Source of the DNA: Eledone cirrhosa
Lineage: Eukaryota
Assembly: GCA_964016885.1 (NCBI GenBank)
Contig: OZ024743.1
Span: forward strand, 268,274,001-268,338,000
DNA length: 64,000 nucleotides
Reading direction: 5' to 3'
Made by a program: the position numbers and the translations under genes. The notes beneath the pieces were generated by a model. It worked only from the letters and a program-made list of their open reading frames with translations. It did not search any database and was not told where the DNA came from. Numbering within the stretch: the stretch's first letter is position 1; the number at the start of each line of letters is the position of its first letter. Positions 29,255 to 41,400 of the stretch are shown here, in pieces.

Positions 29255-29976
29255 GTTCGGCCTGCACCCATTATCCTGTGAAGGCCCGTTTCCCCAGAAT
29301 GTTGCTCTCAACGACATAATCTGAAGGAGCCTAGACGCAGCCGCCTTCCCGTCACAACTGGTGCCAGTAGATTTCGACCGTTGTAACGGCAAGCGCTCCG
29401 TGGGAATGACTCTCTTATCTTTCGAAGAAGGTAAATCCCTTATCTGGGACGCGACAGTCTATAACACGTTCTTCGCCGCCAACTTACTCACTTCGGTCAC
29501 AAACTCCGGTACCCCGCGGATGGCAATGCAGAAGACAGGAAGACAAGCAAATACTGGAACTTTGTAATGCTTCCACTTTCTACCGTTCACCGTCACAACC
29601 TCGGGCGTCCTCAGACCCTTGACAGCTGACCTGTTCCGTAAAATCAAATCCGTAGCAGCTCATCTGAGGAAGGAGCCCTACGAGGTTAGATGGATATTGC
29701 AGCGTGTGTCACTGGCTATATCCGCGGAAATGCCATTGCTATTTTTTCTGTGGGGCGTAGCTGAAACACCACTGTGCCCTAGATGTCTGTCACAATCTTT
29801 CCTTCCCCTTTTCCTTCTTTCTTTCTCTGTCTGATAGTCCTTGCTCTTCTCCCCCTTTTCCTCTCATTTATGGCATTTATAGTCCTGTCCAATGTCAATG
29901 CTGCTTTCTTTTTATGTATGTTTAACCAAATAAAAGATTATAACCTACAGAAAAGTGGCTAGTAAAAAAAAAAAAA
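29255..29976 (+). pseudogene. 3' relic of a CRE-like RLE non-LTR retrotransposon
   Basis: GLHPLSC...LNDII*RSL...DRCNGKRSVGMTL...GKSLIWDATV...FLPFTVTTSG...LQRVSLAI matches the CRE RLE region (GKRPDG..WD.T..QR.S.A). An A-rich tail lies near 29963-29976. Confidence 0.7.
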
Positions 29977-30748
29977 GATTAACTCGAAACGTATTTATAT
30001 AACTACTACAAAAGTTACTCATAAAATCTGGCGTGGAGGAAAACTTCATTCAACCGACACTATCCTTAGAATTGCATGACGGAAATTCCCGTTAAGTGCG
30101 TTTAAATAGTGGACAGTGAATAAGGGAGATACTTCCCAAAATCTGAGCAGATCCACCTTGAACAATTTTCGACGATGCAGTGGAAATGTTCATTGAAAAA
30201 GAAAACAAGGTGAAAGTTTCTAAATGAATTGATCTCTTTAACGGAGCATATTCACTTAGCAAATTGGCACGGAGAAAGCTAATAATGCGTGTCAACACAT
30301 GATAAAGCTAAGGAACACCTGAAAACATCTTACAGTTTAAATGTTATAAGCTATTTAATAGCCATTGAATGGAATTGCTGTTATTTTCACCTCATAATGT
30401 TATTTCCTCGGCACTAAGTTCAAAAATTCGATCTTCAAACACTTTTGTTTATATTTTCACAGGCTGTTTTACTCTGCTCCTTATTTAGACGGTAAAATGT
30501 TGTCAAGACTCCCTTAGCTGAATGGTTTGAGTACTTAACCGATATCTGGAAGATACAGATTTCGGTACTTCCCAGCGGCCACTGGCAACATTTTTCTTCC
30601 TACGAGTCTTTACCCGATTTTTCTCAGCTGTTTTATAGCAACTTACCGTAATAGTAGTTATTTGGTGCGTCTGCAATTCCTGCGTCTTCTTATAATTGTA
30701 ATTATACAAACATACAAACATACATACATACATACATACATACATACA

Positions 30749-33700
30749 ATGGCGACCGTTGTGGTCAGTGTCCGATAATTGGACGTGTGTAATTACGGCT
30801 TACATGAAGGCAACATACCATATATTGGAAAAAGTTGAGCTACATTACGCGGTAAGATTACATACAATAATTCTACATAAGTGTTTGAACTGTAAGTGTG
30901 TTGTAAAACACCTATTTATATGAACGATACATACACTTATGATATATGAACGATACATACACTTTAACATATAAATGCAACGTTGTTATATTACATTTAT
31001 AAAGAAATATAAAAGTAACGTTTTCGATTCAGAAACAAAAATATAAGTGTTTGAACTGTGAATGTTGTGAATATGTTGTAGAACACCTATTTATATGAAT
31101 GATACATAAACTTTAACATATAAATACAGCGTTGTTATATTATATTACATTCGTAAAGGAATATACTAAGTAACGGTTCTTTTTGTTCTCGATTCAAACG
31201 ATTCAAGAACAACGTTTAAAACACAGTTGTAGAATTAAAAACTAACTGAAAAGAAATATTACCCAAGCTGTGAATAACTTTAAATTTGATTCTGACAGAA
31301 CTTTGTCGTAACTTTTAAAGAAGATCATCGACTATTTAAAAAAAATAAATACAAAATATTAGTGAATAGACGAACTCATCATGGCAAAAAGTACAAGTCT
31401 CCTTCGACCAAATCGCAATTACAACCGTTGTATACAGTGGAGCTACGAGCTTAACAAAGAATTATATGAAGCATACAAACAATCTGAACCCCAAAAGTTC
31501 GGTTTTATGCAAAGGCTAAAAACTTTATGGAACTCCAAACACCCAGAATTAGACTTTTCTCCAAAGCATCTAAATGAACAGGCAAAACGTATCATTAGAT
31601 GTAAATTGATACATCTAACGGAATCGAGTGATACTACAAATACAGCCCTTGTAGACAACCACCCCACCTCCACTGACAGACAAAGAGAATGGCCGGCTAA
31701 ATCTAACAGTGAACAGCTCACCAACAATTTTGCTGAAATCCATCCCACTTCCACTGAAGAACAGCGAGAAAGGTCAGCTGACTCTAGTAGTAATTGTCAC
31801 CACATCAACAACGAGGCTGCAATTCATGACTCTACTGAACAAACAGAGCACCAAAAACTTGTGGGCACCCTACAAGTGATATGGAACGATATGTTTCAAG
31901 AGATACACAGCCTTAATGTGAGTGACAGACCATACAACACTAGAGTCAGTAAAGAACCCACTAAATTGGAATTGGAAGCGGTGAACGAAATAGCTGGCAA
32001 TTATCTGAAGGCTATACGATCTAAAGGTGTAGAAACGACATTTGAAACGCCCAATGTTTTGTTATATGTTTCAGCTGTCACATTGCTATCATATAACACA
32101 CATCTAAAACCACGCAATCAAGATACAAACAGAAAGCCTGAACCAGCGTGGATGCGAAATTTAAAAACCAAAATTTTGTCCCTGAGACGAAGTATCTCAC
32201 ACATCGCAGTCGTTATGAAATGCAACATAGAGAGAAACTTCACACGACACCAGGAAGACCTAAAGAAAAAGTTAGAGAGACGATTTGGAGATACCAAATT
32301 TAAAACTTTGAACTCCAAATTACACCAGTTGAAACAACAACTCACAGCTACAACAGAAAGACTAAAATATAAGTCAACAGCCCATAAACGACAAGTGCTA
32401 AATAGATTGTTTGCCAGAGATCCTAAATCAGTTTATCGCAGCTTCGGTGGCAAAAGCTCAATCCCTGTAAACGACACCCCTTCAAAAGAACAGGTTGAGA
32501 ACTACTGGAGATCTGTATGGGAAACGGATGACGGATTCAACAGACAAGCTAATTGGCTAAAACAACTGGAACAGGACTACTGCCAACATGTCCAGACAAA
32601 ACAATATGACATAGATGGGTCAATACTGGAAACAGCTCTACAGAAAATGTCGAATAGGAAATCGCCAGGCCCAGACCTCATTACAGGATACTGGTTGAAG
32701 AATTTCACTTTCTATCGGCAAGATCTCATACGGCTGTTTACAGAAACCATTAAGGGCACACAAGAACTGCCCAGATGGTTATCAACTGCCACTACTCTCC
32801 TCATTCCCAAAAATAGCCAAACCACCCTTGCTAAAAATTACCGCCCAATTGCCTGCCAAAACATCATGTATAAATTATATACTGGGTGCCTTAACCTGTT
32901 CTTACAGGATCACTGTGCTACCAACAACATCATAACACCTGAGCAAGCTGGTGGAAATAGGAAGGTGTGGGGTTGCATAGATCACCTACTAACTAACAAA
33001 ATGATTCAGGAAAAAACAACAAAGAATCGCAGAAACATGACTGTCGTGTGGCTGGACTATCAAAAAGCATTTGATAGTGTACCTCATGGGTGGATTATTA
33101 AGGCTTTACAGTTAGCTAAAGTCCCACAACCATTAGTAGCTGCTGTTGAACGCCTGACCAAGAACTGGTACACCAATTTGATCCTTAGAGGTGAGAAGGA
33201 GCAGGTTAAGACTGATAGGATACATTACCAGAAGGGCATCTTTCAGGGTGATAGCTTGTCAGTACTACTCTTCGTTCTCTCACTGAATCCACTATCTTAC
33301 CTACTCAGGAAACAAGGTGGACAAAGAAGTGGGCCCAGAAGTATCTCCCATCTTTTCTTTGTTGATGACCTGAAGTTGTATGGGCCAAATATCAATGACA
33401 TCAAGAAACAATTGGACCTCATTACACAATTTTCAACCGACATCAAAATGAAATTTGGTGAGTCCAAGTGTGCATATTTGGCAGTAAAACGTGGAAGAGC
33501 TGTGCCCTCCTCTAGAAATCTAGATATGAACGGCCTGACAATACAACCTCTGCAGTCAGGTGACAACTACAGATATCTTGGACAGGATGAGAATGTCAGA
33601 TATGATGGACCCATAAATAAGGAGAGAACCAGAACTGAATACCTCAGAAGAGTAAAAAAAATATGGTCATCAGAACTGTCAGCATACAACAAATACATTG

Positions 33701-34971
33701 CCCACAATACCTATGCTGTGCCAATTATAACGCCAACATTTGGCCTACTGAACTGGTCATTGCAAGAACTAAGTGAGATGGATGTTAGAACTCGTAAACT
33801 TCTCAGTGTTACTGGGAACTTTAACATCAATGGTGATGCGGATAGGCTATACTTCTCACGCAAGGAAGGTGGCCGGGGTCTAAAATCAATATTAACAACA
33901 TATGAGACCCGGATAGTAACACTGAAGCAACACCTTCAACAGAGGAAAAAGGTTGGCGACCATCTTGCTCAGGTTTATGAGCATGAAAAAAGAAATATCA
34001 TTAGAATAGCGACTGATCTGGAGGAGAGATATGGAATAAAGCCTGATATAAATCTCTCACCCAGAGAAATCGGAAGATCCTATTCAATGTTCAAACAAGA
34101 AAAAAAAATTGACCAATTTACAGAAAAAGTTGTGCATGGATACTTGAGGCGTAAAACACAGACCATAGAGGGGATAAACCACTCAAAAAGCCTGGCATGG
34201 AGTTCCGACAAGTTTATGACATCACACCTTGAGGGATATCTCTATGCAATACAGGAACAAGAACTCCCTACCAAATATCTGCTGCACAAAAGAGGAGGGC
34301 CAGCAGCTGACAATAAATGTAGGCTATGTAAAACAAAGATCGAGGATGTAAGCCACATTGTTGCCAGCTGCGAAAGAATGTCATCTCGCTACTACCTCCC
34401 CATGAGACACGATGGGATAGCTAGAACTATCTGGAACGCACTTCGGAAAACAAAATTAACAACAAACGAGGAAGAATATATTGAGACAGATGGCACTAAG
34501 GAATACTGGTGGAACCTGAAAATAAAAACTGCCACCAAATTAAAGCACAACCGGCCTGATATTGTAGTTTGGGACCACACATTGAAAACGTGTTCTGTTG
34601 TGGAGATCAGCTGCCCACTTGATGTAAACGTTGTCAGAAAAATACAGGAGAAGGAGGACATCTACGGACCATTGATGAGGAGCTTACAAATCCAGTATCC
34701 AAGATACACCTTTAGCTTCATACCCATCATTATTGGTGCTACGGGTTATATACCAACCCGCTTGGACCAAAGTATGACCGAACTTGGATTTGCGGACAAA
34801 AAGCGCAGCTCCCTAATTCATAGTCTACAAATGGCTGCGATAGCTGGCACCTTCAAAATATGCAAAACATTCTTGCGATTCAAGGGATGACAATTTCTTT
34901 TCTTTTACAACCTTGCCACCAGGAAGGTGGCCGGTCAAAAAAATATACTCGAAATTAAGAGAAAGAGAAAA
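30749..34971 (+). mobile_element. Apparently full-length R4/Dong-clade non-LTR retrotransposon inserted in a (CATA)n microsatellite
   Basis: (CATA)n on both flanks (30720-30748, 34972-34990). The 5' UTR contains a ~150-bp duplication (~30877-31020 / ~31042-31175). One long ORF. Confidence 0.85.
31381..34890 (+). CDS. RT / CCHC zinc knuckle / restriction-like endonuclease polyprotein (1169 aa)
   Basis: KSPGPD, NYRPIAC, WLDYQKAFDSVPH, GIFQGDSLS, HLFFVDDLKLY, YRYLG, GGRGL; CRLC...HIVASC; RHD; RPDIVV...VVEISCP (PD-(D/E)xK). No stops. Confidence 0.95.
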   Translation: MAKSTSLLRPNRNYNRCIQWSYELNKELYEAYKQSEPQKFGFMQRLKTLWNSKHPELDFSPKHLNEQAKRIIRCKLIHLTESSDTTNTALVDNHPTSTDRQREWPAKSNSEQLTNNFAEIHPTSTEEQRERSADSSSNCHHINNEAAIHDSTEQTEHQKLVGTLQVIWNDMFQEIHSLNVSDRPYNTRVSKEPTKLELEAVNEIAGNYLKAIRSKGVETTFETPNVLLYVSAVTLLSYNTHLKPRNQDTNRKPEPAWMRNLKTKILSLRRSISHIAVVMKCNIERNFTRHQEDLKKKLERRFGDTKFKTLNSKLHQLKQQLTATTERLKYKSTAHKRQVLNRLFARDPKSVYRSFGGKSSIPVNDTPSKEQVENYWRSVWETDDGFNRQANWLKQLEQDYCQHVQTKQYDIDGSILETALQKMSNRKSPGPDLITGYWLKNFTFYRQDLIRLFTETIKGTQELPRWLSTATTLLIPKNSQTTLAKNYRPIACQNIMYKLYTGCLNLFLQDHCATNNIITPEQAGGNRKVWGCIDHLLTNKMIQEKTTKNRRNMTVVWLDYQKAFDSVPHGWIIKALQLAKVPQPLVAAVERLTKNWYTNLILRGEKEQVKTDRIHYQKGIFQGDSLSVLLFVLSLNPLSYLLRKQGGQRSGPRSISHLFFVDDLKLYGPNINDIKKQLDLITQFSTDIKMKFGESKCAYLAVKRGRAVPSSRNLDMNGLTIQPLQSGDNYRYLGQDENVRYDGPINKERTRTEYLRRVKKIWSSELSAYNKYIAHNTYAVPIITPTFGLLNWSLQELSEMDVRTRKLLSVTGNFNINGDADRLYFSRKEGGRGLKSILTTYETRIVTLKQHLQQRKKVGDHLAQVYEHEKRNIIRIATDLEERYGIKPDINLSPREIGRSYSMFKQEKKIDQFTEKVVHGYLRRKTQTIEGINHSKSLAWSSDKFMTSHLEGYLYAIQEQELPTKYLLHKRGGPAADNKCRLCKTKIEDVSHIVASCERMSSRYYLPMRHDGIARTIWNALRKTKLTTNEEEYIETDGTKEYWWNLKIKTATKLKHNRPDIVVWDHTLKTCSVVEISCPLDVNVVRKIQEKEDIYGPLMRSLQIQYPRYTFSFIPIIIGATGYIPTRLDQSMTELGFADKKRSSLIHSLQMAAIAGTFKICKTFLRFKG

Positions 34972-34976
34972 CATAC

Positions 34977-35009
<33 letters not shown>

Positions 35010-35570
35010 CGATGACACAGAAGTCAACGAGCTTTTGATTCCAGAGTTGGGCCAGATCGATACATGTAATGAAGATCTAGCATCTTGTCCTTTTTATTAT
35101 TACACACACACACACACACATATATATATATGTGTGTGTGTCTATGTATATAGCTTCATTATAAGTTGCCGAAGCTTTTTTTTTTTCTTTATAATGATTG
35201 TATATTGACAACATTCACTATATTTTTATATTCTTCCTTGCCACATTTACATTCATTTCAATAGCACATACATATTTCTGTGTTTATCTTCATTAATTTT
35301 CTTACTTGTCTACAACAGGGTAAATATTGACTGTTAATCTTTTCTTTGCGTTATTATTATAATTTTCTTTGGAATATTTGGTTTATTTTCGTAAACATAA
35401 ACACTGCATATCATAAGATATCATCATATTCCCAGTCGGGTCATTTTGACAGTGTAGGGAGACTACAACTGTTGAATATATAGATAAAACATTAGCTGGT
35501 CATTTACAATATGCTTTTATCAAGTAATCAACGTAAACTACAAGTTAAGTTCTTCTTTTCTTATCCGTAC

Positions 35571-35623
35571 CTCCTGATATATGGTGCTTCTTGGGTGTAT
35601 TTAAACCTGGTGGAGCCTGCCTC
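35571..35623 (-). CDS. Candidate internal exon of an unidentified host gene
   Basis: A long polypyrimidine tract, then AG, and a gtacgg donor. RQAPPGLNTPKKHHISG ends in phase 1, matching the 24822 exon. An alternative acceptor lies at 35616. Confidence 0.35.
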
Positions 35624-35714
35624 CTTCCAGAGAAAGATAGAGAAAGAGAGAAAGAGATAAAGGAAGTGAGAAAGAGATGTAAAGGAATGATATACGAACA
35701 CAGAACTAGTCTAG

Positions 35715-35840
35715 TATTTATTTATCGACCTCAAAAGAAGGAAAAGCAAAGTTGACCTCGGTGGGATTTGAACTGAAAGAGCGCAGAGAATCGGAACAAA
35801 TATAGCAAAGCATTCTATCCGACGCTCTAACGTCTCCGCT
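35715..35840 (-). mobile_element. Diverged SINE copy
   Basis: tttatcgacc...aaagttgacctcggtgggatttgaact...cgacgctctaac. Similar diverged copies lie at ~10985-11112 and ~29090-29220. Confidence 0.6.
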
Positions 35841-36031
35841 AAAAGGACGATGCAGTTTAGTATCAGTGATGTTTCAACTCTTCAGCTGAGTGAGGTGAAA
35901 TAACCTGAAATAAAGTGTTCTTTTCTCAGGGAAACAACGTTTTGTCCGATCCTGTATACGAACTCACGATTGTGAATTCAACTCTCTAACCATTACATAT
36001 GCCTCCACACACACATACATACACACATCTG

Positions 36032-36064
<33 letters not shown>

Positions 36065-36169
36065 CCCCCCCCCCACACACACGCACATATATATATATAT
36101 ATATACAGATATATATATGTGACTGTGTGTGTGTGTGTGTGTGCGTGCGTCTGTGTGTGTGTGTGGTGT

Positions 36170-36222
<53 letters not shown>

Positions 36223-36712
36223 AACATTATTATTTCTGATCGAGACGAAGCGAGAGTGTTTGTAAATACATATTGAATTGAGAAAACTCATCGCCAGAAC
36301 AGACGTTAAAACAGCTAAATAACTGTCAAAGCAGCGATGGTCAAAAAGGTCTCAGTGGACAGATACCAACGACCAGTGGTCAATAGAGAGTCAAGGCACA
36401 ATGTGGGTGGCATGCATATGAAATATAGAAAAGATTAACAGAGGAGGAGGACAAGGAGAAGTGTGTTGGTGCATAGAAGTGACTGGAAGAAATAAAGAAA
36501 GAAAGGCGATGCAGAAGACAAGTTTGCACACAGACATCTTCACCCTCATCAGCAGCTCTCAAACCAGAAAAATGGTTTCGCACAATTTAATTGAGAGTAC
36601 CGTTTAAAAATGCTGGATCGTGTAAAAGAAAAAGAAATATTTCTACTGGTATGATGTGTATGTGAAAATTCAAAGAGCGAAGAACGAACGAAAACAAAGA
36701 AAATAAAATAAT

Positions 36713-36897
36713 TGTTTCTACTTTGGGCACAAGGCCAGCAATTATCCCAGCACATTAGTGGCACTTTATTTTATCGACCCCCTAAGGTTGAAAGGCAAAG
36801 TTAACCTTGGCGGGATTTGAGCTCATAATGGCAAGGGCCGTAACTCTATGCGTCAAAGCATGGTATCCGAACCTCTACCGATATTGCCAATGCACCT
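36713..36897 (-). mobile_element. SINE with a 14-bp target-site duplication
   Basis: Same family as 27154-27341. gaaaataaaataat occurs at 36699-36712 and 36898-36911. Confidence 0.9.
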
Positions 36898-37424
36898 GAA
36901 AATAAAATAATGAGATAGTGGGCATCAAGCCGTGGTGTCTGCCCTACATTGAAAGCTAATCATAGCTATGATAAAATTAAGTGATAAAATAATGTTGTAT
37001 CTGATTGAGACAAAGCGAGAGTGTATTTTAATATATATACAAATGAGAAAACACATCGCTAGGACAGCCGTTAAAACAGCTAAATGCTGTGAAAGACAGG
37101 TACCAGTGGCCGGTAGTGAACAGAGAGACGATCCACAAGGTGGGTGACAGCCACAGCACCTTTCTTTATTTATTTCTTCCAGTCACTTCTATGCACCAAC
37201 ACACTTCTCCTTCTCCTGCTCCTTCTTTAATCTTTTATATATTTCCGCTGCCTGGTACTCACTCACCTGGTAGAGTATCTCTCTGTTGACCACTAGCCAC
37301 TGGTATCTAGCGAGGAGTTTTCTCATTTCTATTTGTATATTTATATATATATATATATATATGTTTGTGTGTGTGTGTGTTCGTATGTGTGTGTGTGTGT
37401 GTGTGTGTATGTGTGTGTGTGTGT

Positions 37425-37509
<85 letters not shown>

Positions 37510-37960
37510 CGCGCGCGTGTGTGCGCGCGTGTGTGTGTGTGTTTTGTCCCCTTCTGTTGTTACTTGTCTACTTGTCAAGCCCACTGATAAACCGTTACCA
37601 AACCCAGGATTGCCCCGTGACTAACTACTGTTGGGCATCGGGGAAACTACATGGTACGGGTATTTATATGAACACTTTCAATATTTTTTTAAGTAATTGA
37701 TTTGTTAAGTTAATTCGTTAAGTTAATTGGTTGATATTAGATTATTAATTTTGTTGATAACTCAATCAATTTGTTCTATTTGTGCCAGATAACTAATAAA
37801 TCTGAAAGAGTATGCTCTGATTCTAGTATTTATCTCAGCTATCACTGACGAAGTTAGTGACTAAAGCCATGTGATCAAAGCATCAAGTGGTAGTGTAATT
37901 TTGTGAAATATATTTATTTATACACAAACACACACACACACACGAACATATATATAAATG

Positions 37961-38063
<103 letters not shown>

Positions 38064-38292
38064 ATATATATACATATATATATATGTATGTATATATATA
38101 TATATATAGAGAGAGAGAGAAAGAGAAAGAGAGAGAGAAAGACAGAGATGGAGAGAGTGAGAAATAAACATTTGATAGATTACAATAGATATATAAAGAT
38201 ATTTGAGAGAGCATATATTATATATTTATCACAACCTGTTCACGCGAAAGTGGACCATCGATTACTATATCATATATATATATGTATGTATG

Positions 38293-38345
<53 letters not shown>

Positions 38346-38420
38346 GATATACGATATATATATATATACGGATAGATAAAAATATACGTATGTGTGTACA
38401 TATATATACATATATATATA

Positions 38421-41400
38421 TATAAGTTAATATGTCCAGGGATACTAGGTACCCCTAGAAATACATAGGTTGTCTATGATTCAGGGTTGTTCAACGGTGT
38501 TAATTTGATACACCAGAACTTTAATATTAAGATAAGCAGAACAAGTAAAATTCAATCAATTTTTCAAAATACATTAAAAAATATAATATAAATATTTACC
38601 TCTTCTAGTGGCCCTTACTGATCAGTTTCGCTTTGTAAAACCTCATAAATCCGATGGATTCATGATGGAAAACCAAAGCTCATCAGAGAAGCATTTTCCC
38701 ATGCTAGGGCTAAACGTCCCAGGAACGACAAAATATACAACCTCCTGCCAGCTAATAAAGGTCTGAAAGGTCGTAAAAGTGACCCGTATGTAAACTGGAC
38801 CGAAGTAAAAGCGGGAAAATCAAAGACTTGCTGTCTACAATTACTACTAAAGAAATAGCAGCCTAGTAAAGCAACAGATTTGTTCTCAACGGACGGAGAA
38901 AAAGGTATAAGTTAATATGTCCAGGGATACTAGGTACCCCTAGAAATACATAGGTTGTCTATGATTCAGGGTTGTTCAATGGTGTTAATTTGATACACCA
39001 GAACTTTAATATTAAGATAAGCAGAACAAGTAAAATTCAATCAATTTTTCAAAATACATTAAAAAATATAATATAAATATTTACCTCTTCTAGTGGCCCT
39101 TACTGATCAGTTTCGCTTTGTAAAACCTCATAAATCCGATGGATTCATGATGGAAAACCAAAGCTCATCAGAGAAGCATTTTCCCATCCTAGGGCTAAAC
39201 GTCCCAGGAACGACAAAATATACAACCTCCTGCCAGCTAATAAAGGTCTGAAAGGTCGTAAAAGTGACCCGTATGTAAACTGGACCGAAGTAAAAGCGGG
39301 AAAATCAAAGACTTGCTGTCTACAATTACTACTAAAGAAATAGCAGCCTAGTAAAGCAACAGATTTGTTCTCAACGGACGGAGAAAAAGGTATAAGTTAA
39401 TATGTCCAGGGATACTAGGTACCCCTAGAAATACATAGGTTGTCTATGATTCAGGGTTGTTCAATGGTGTTAATTTGATACACCAGAACTTTAATATTAA
39501 GATAAGCAGAACAAGTAAAATTCAATCAATTTTTCAAAATACATTAAAAAATATAATAGAAATATTTACCTCTTCTAGTGGCCCTTACTGATCAGTTTCG
39601 CTTTGTAAAACCTCATAAATCCGATGGATTCATGATGGAAAACCAAAGCTCATCAGAGAAGCATTTTCCCATCCTAGGGCTAAACGTCCCAGGAACGACA
39701 AAATATACAACCTCCTGCCAGCTAATAAAGGTCTGAAAGGTCGTAAAAGTGACCCGTATGTAAACTGGACCGAAGTAAAAGCGGGAAAATCAAAGACTTG
39801 CTGTCTACAATTACTACTAAAGAAATAGCAGCCTAGTAAAGCAACAGATTTGTTCTCAACGGACGGAGAAAAAGGTATAAGTTAATATGTCCAGGGATAC
39901 TAGGTACCCCTAGAAATACATAGGTTGTCTATGATTCAGGGTTGTTCAATGGTGTTAATTTGATACACCAGAACTTTAATATTAAGATAAGCAGAACAAG
40001 TAAAATTCAATCAATTTTTCAAAATACATTAAAAAATATAATATAAATATTTACCTCTTCTAGTGGCCCTTACTGATCAGTTTCGCTTTGTAAAACCTCA
40101 TAAATCCGATGGATTCATGATGGAAAACCAAAGCTCATCAGAGAAGCATTTTCCCATCCTAGGGCTAAACGTCCCAGGAACGACAAAATATACAACCTCC
40201 TGCCAGCTAATAAAGGTCTGAAAGGTCGTAAAAGTGACCCGTATGTAAACTGGACCGAAGTAAAAGCGGGAAAATCAAAGACTTGCTGTCTACAATTACT
40301 ACTAAAGAAATAGCAGCCTAGTAAAGCAACAGATTTGTTCTCAACGGACGGAGAAAAAGGTATAAGTTAATATGTCCAGGGATACTAGGTACCCCTAGAA
40401 ATACATAGGTTGTCTATGATTCAGGGTTGTTCAATGGTGTTAATTTGATACACCAGAACTTTAATATTAAGATAAGCAGAACAAGTAAAATTCAATCAAT
40501 TTTTCAAAATACATTAAAAAATATAATATAAATATTTACCTCTTCTAGTGGCCCTTACTGATCAGTTTCGCTTTGTAAAACCTCATAAATCCGATGGATT
40601 CATGATGGAAAACCAAAGCTCATCAGAGAAGCATTTTCCCATCCTAGGGCTAAACGTCCCAGGAACGACAAAATATACAACCTCCTGCCAGCTAATAAAG
40701 GTCTGAAAGGTCGTAAAAGTGACCCGTATGTAAACTGGACCGAAGTAAAAGCGGGAAAATCAAAGACTTGCTGTCTACAATTACTACTAAAGAAATAGCA
40801 GCCTAGTAAAGCAACAGATTTGTTCTCAACGGACGGAGAAAAAGGTATAAGTTAATATGTCCAGGGATACTAGGTACCCCTAGAAATACATAGGTTGTCT
40901 ATGATTCAGGGTTGTTCGATGGTGTTAATTTGATACACCAGAACTTTAATATTAAGATAAGCAGAACAAGTAAAATTCAATCAATTTTTCAAAATACATT
41001 AAAAAATATAATATAAATATTTACCTCTTCTAGTGGCCCTTACTGATCAGTTTCGCTTTGTAAAACCTCATAAATCCGATGGATTCATGATGGAAAACCA
41101 AAGCTCATCAGAGAAGCATTTTCCCATCCTAGGGCTAAACGTCCCAGGAACGACAAAATATACAACCTCCTGCCAGCTAATAAAGGTCTGAAAGGTCGTA
41201 AAAGTGACCCGTATGTAAACTGGACCGAAGTAAAAGCGGGAAAATCAAAGACTTGCTGTCTACAATTACTACTAAAGAAATAGCAGCCTAGTAAAGCAAC
41301 AGATTTGTTCTCAACGGACGGAGAAAAAGGTATAAGTTAATATGTCCAGGGATACTAGGTACCCCTAGAAATACATAGGTTGTCTATGATTCAGGGTTGT

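Noticed and set aside
36500-36560. Further hammerhead-like partial matches (here on the minus strand, and at ~43968-43995, ~44466-44495, ~60757-60795, ~61436-61485)
   Set aside because: Each lacks a core nucleotide or a supporting stem and cannot be told from chance by eye.
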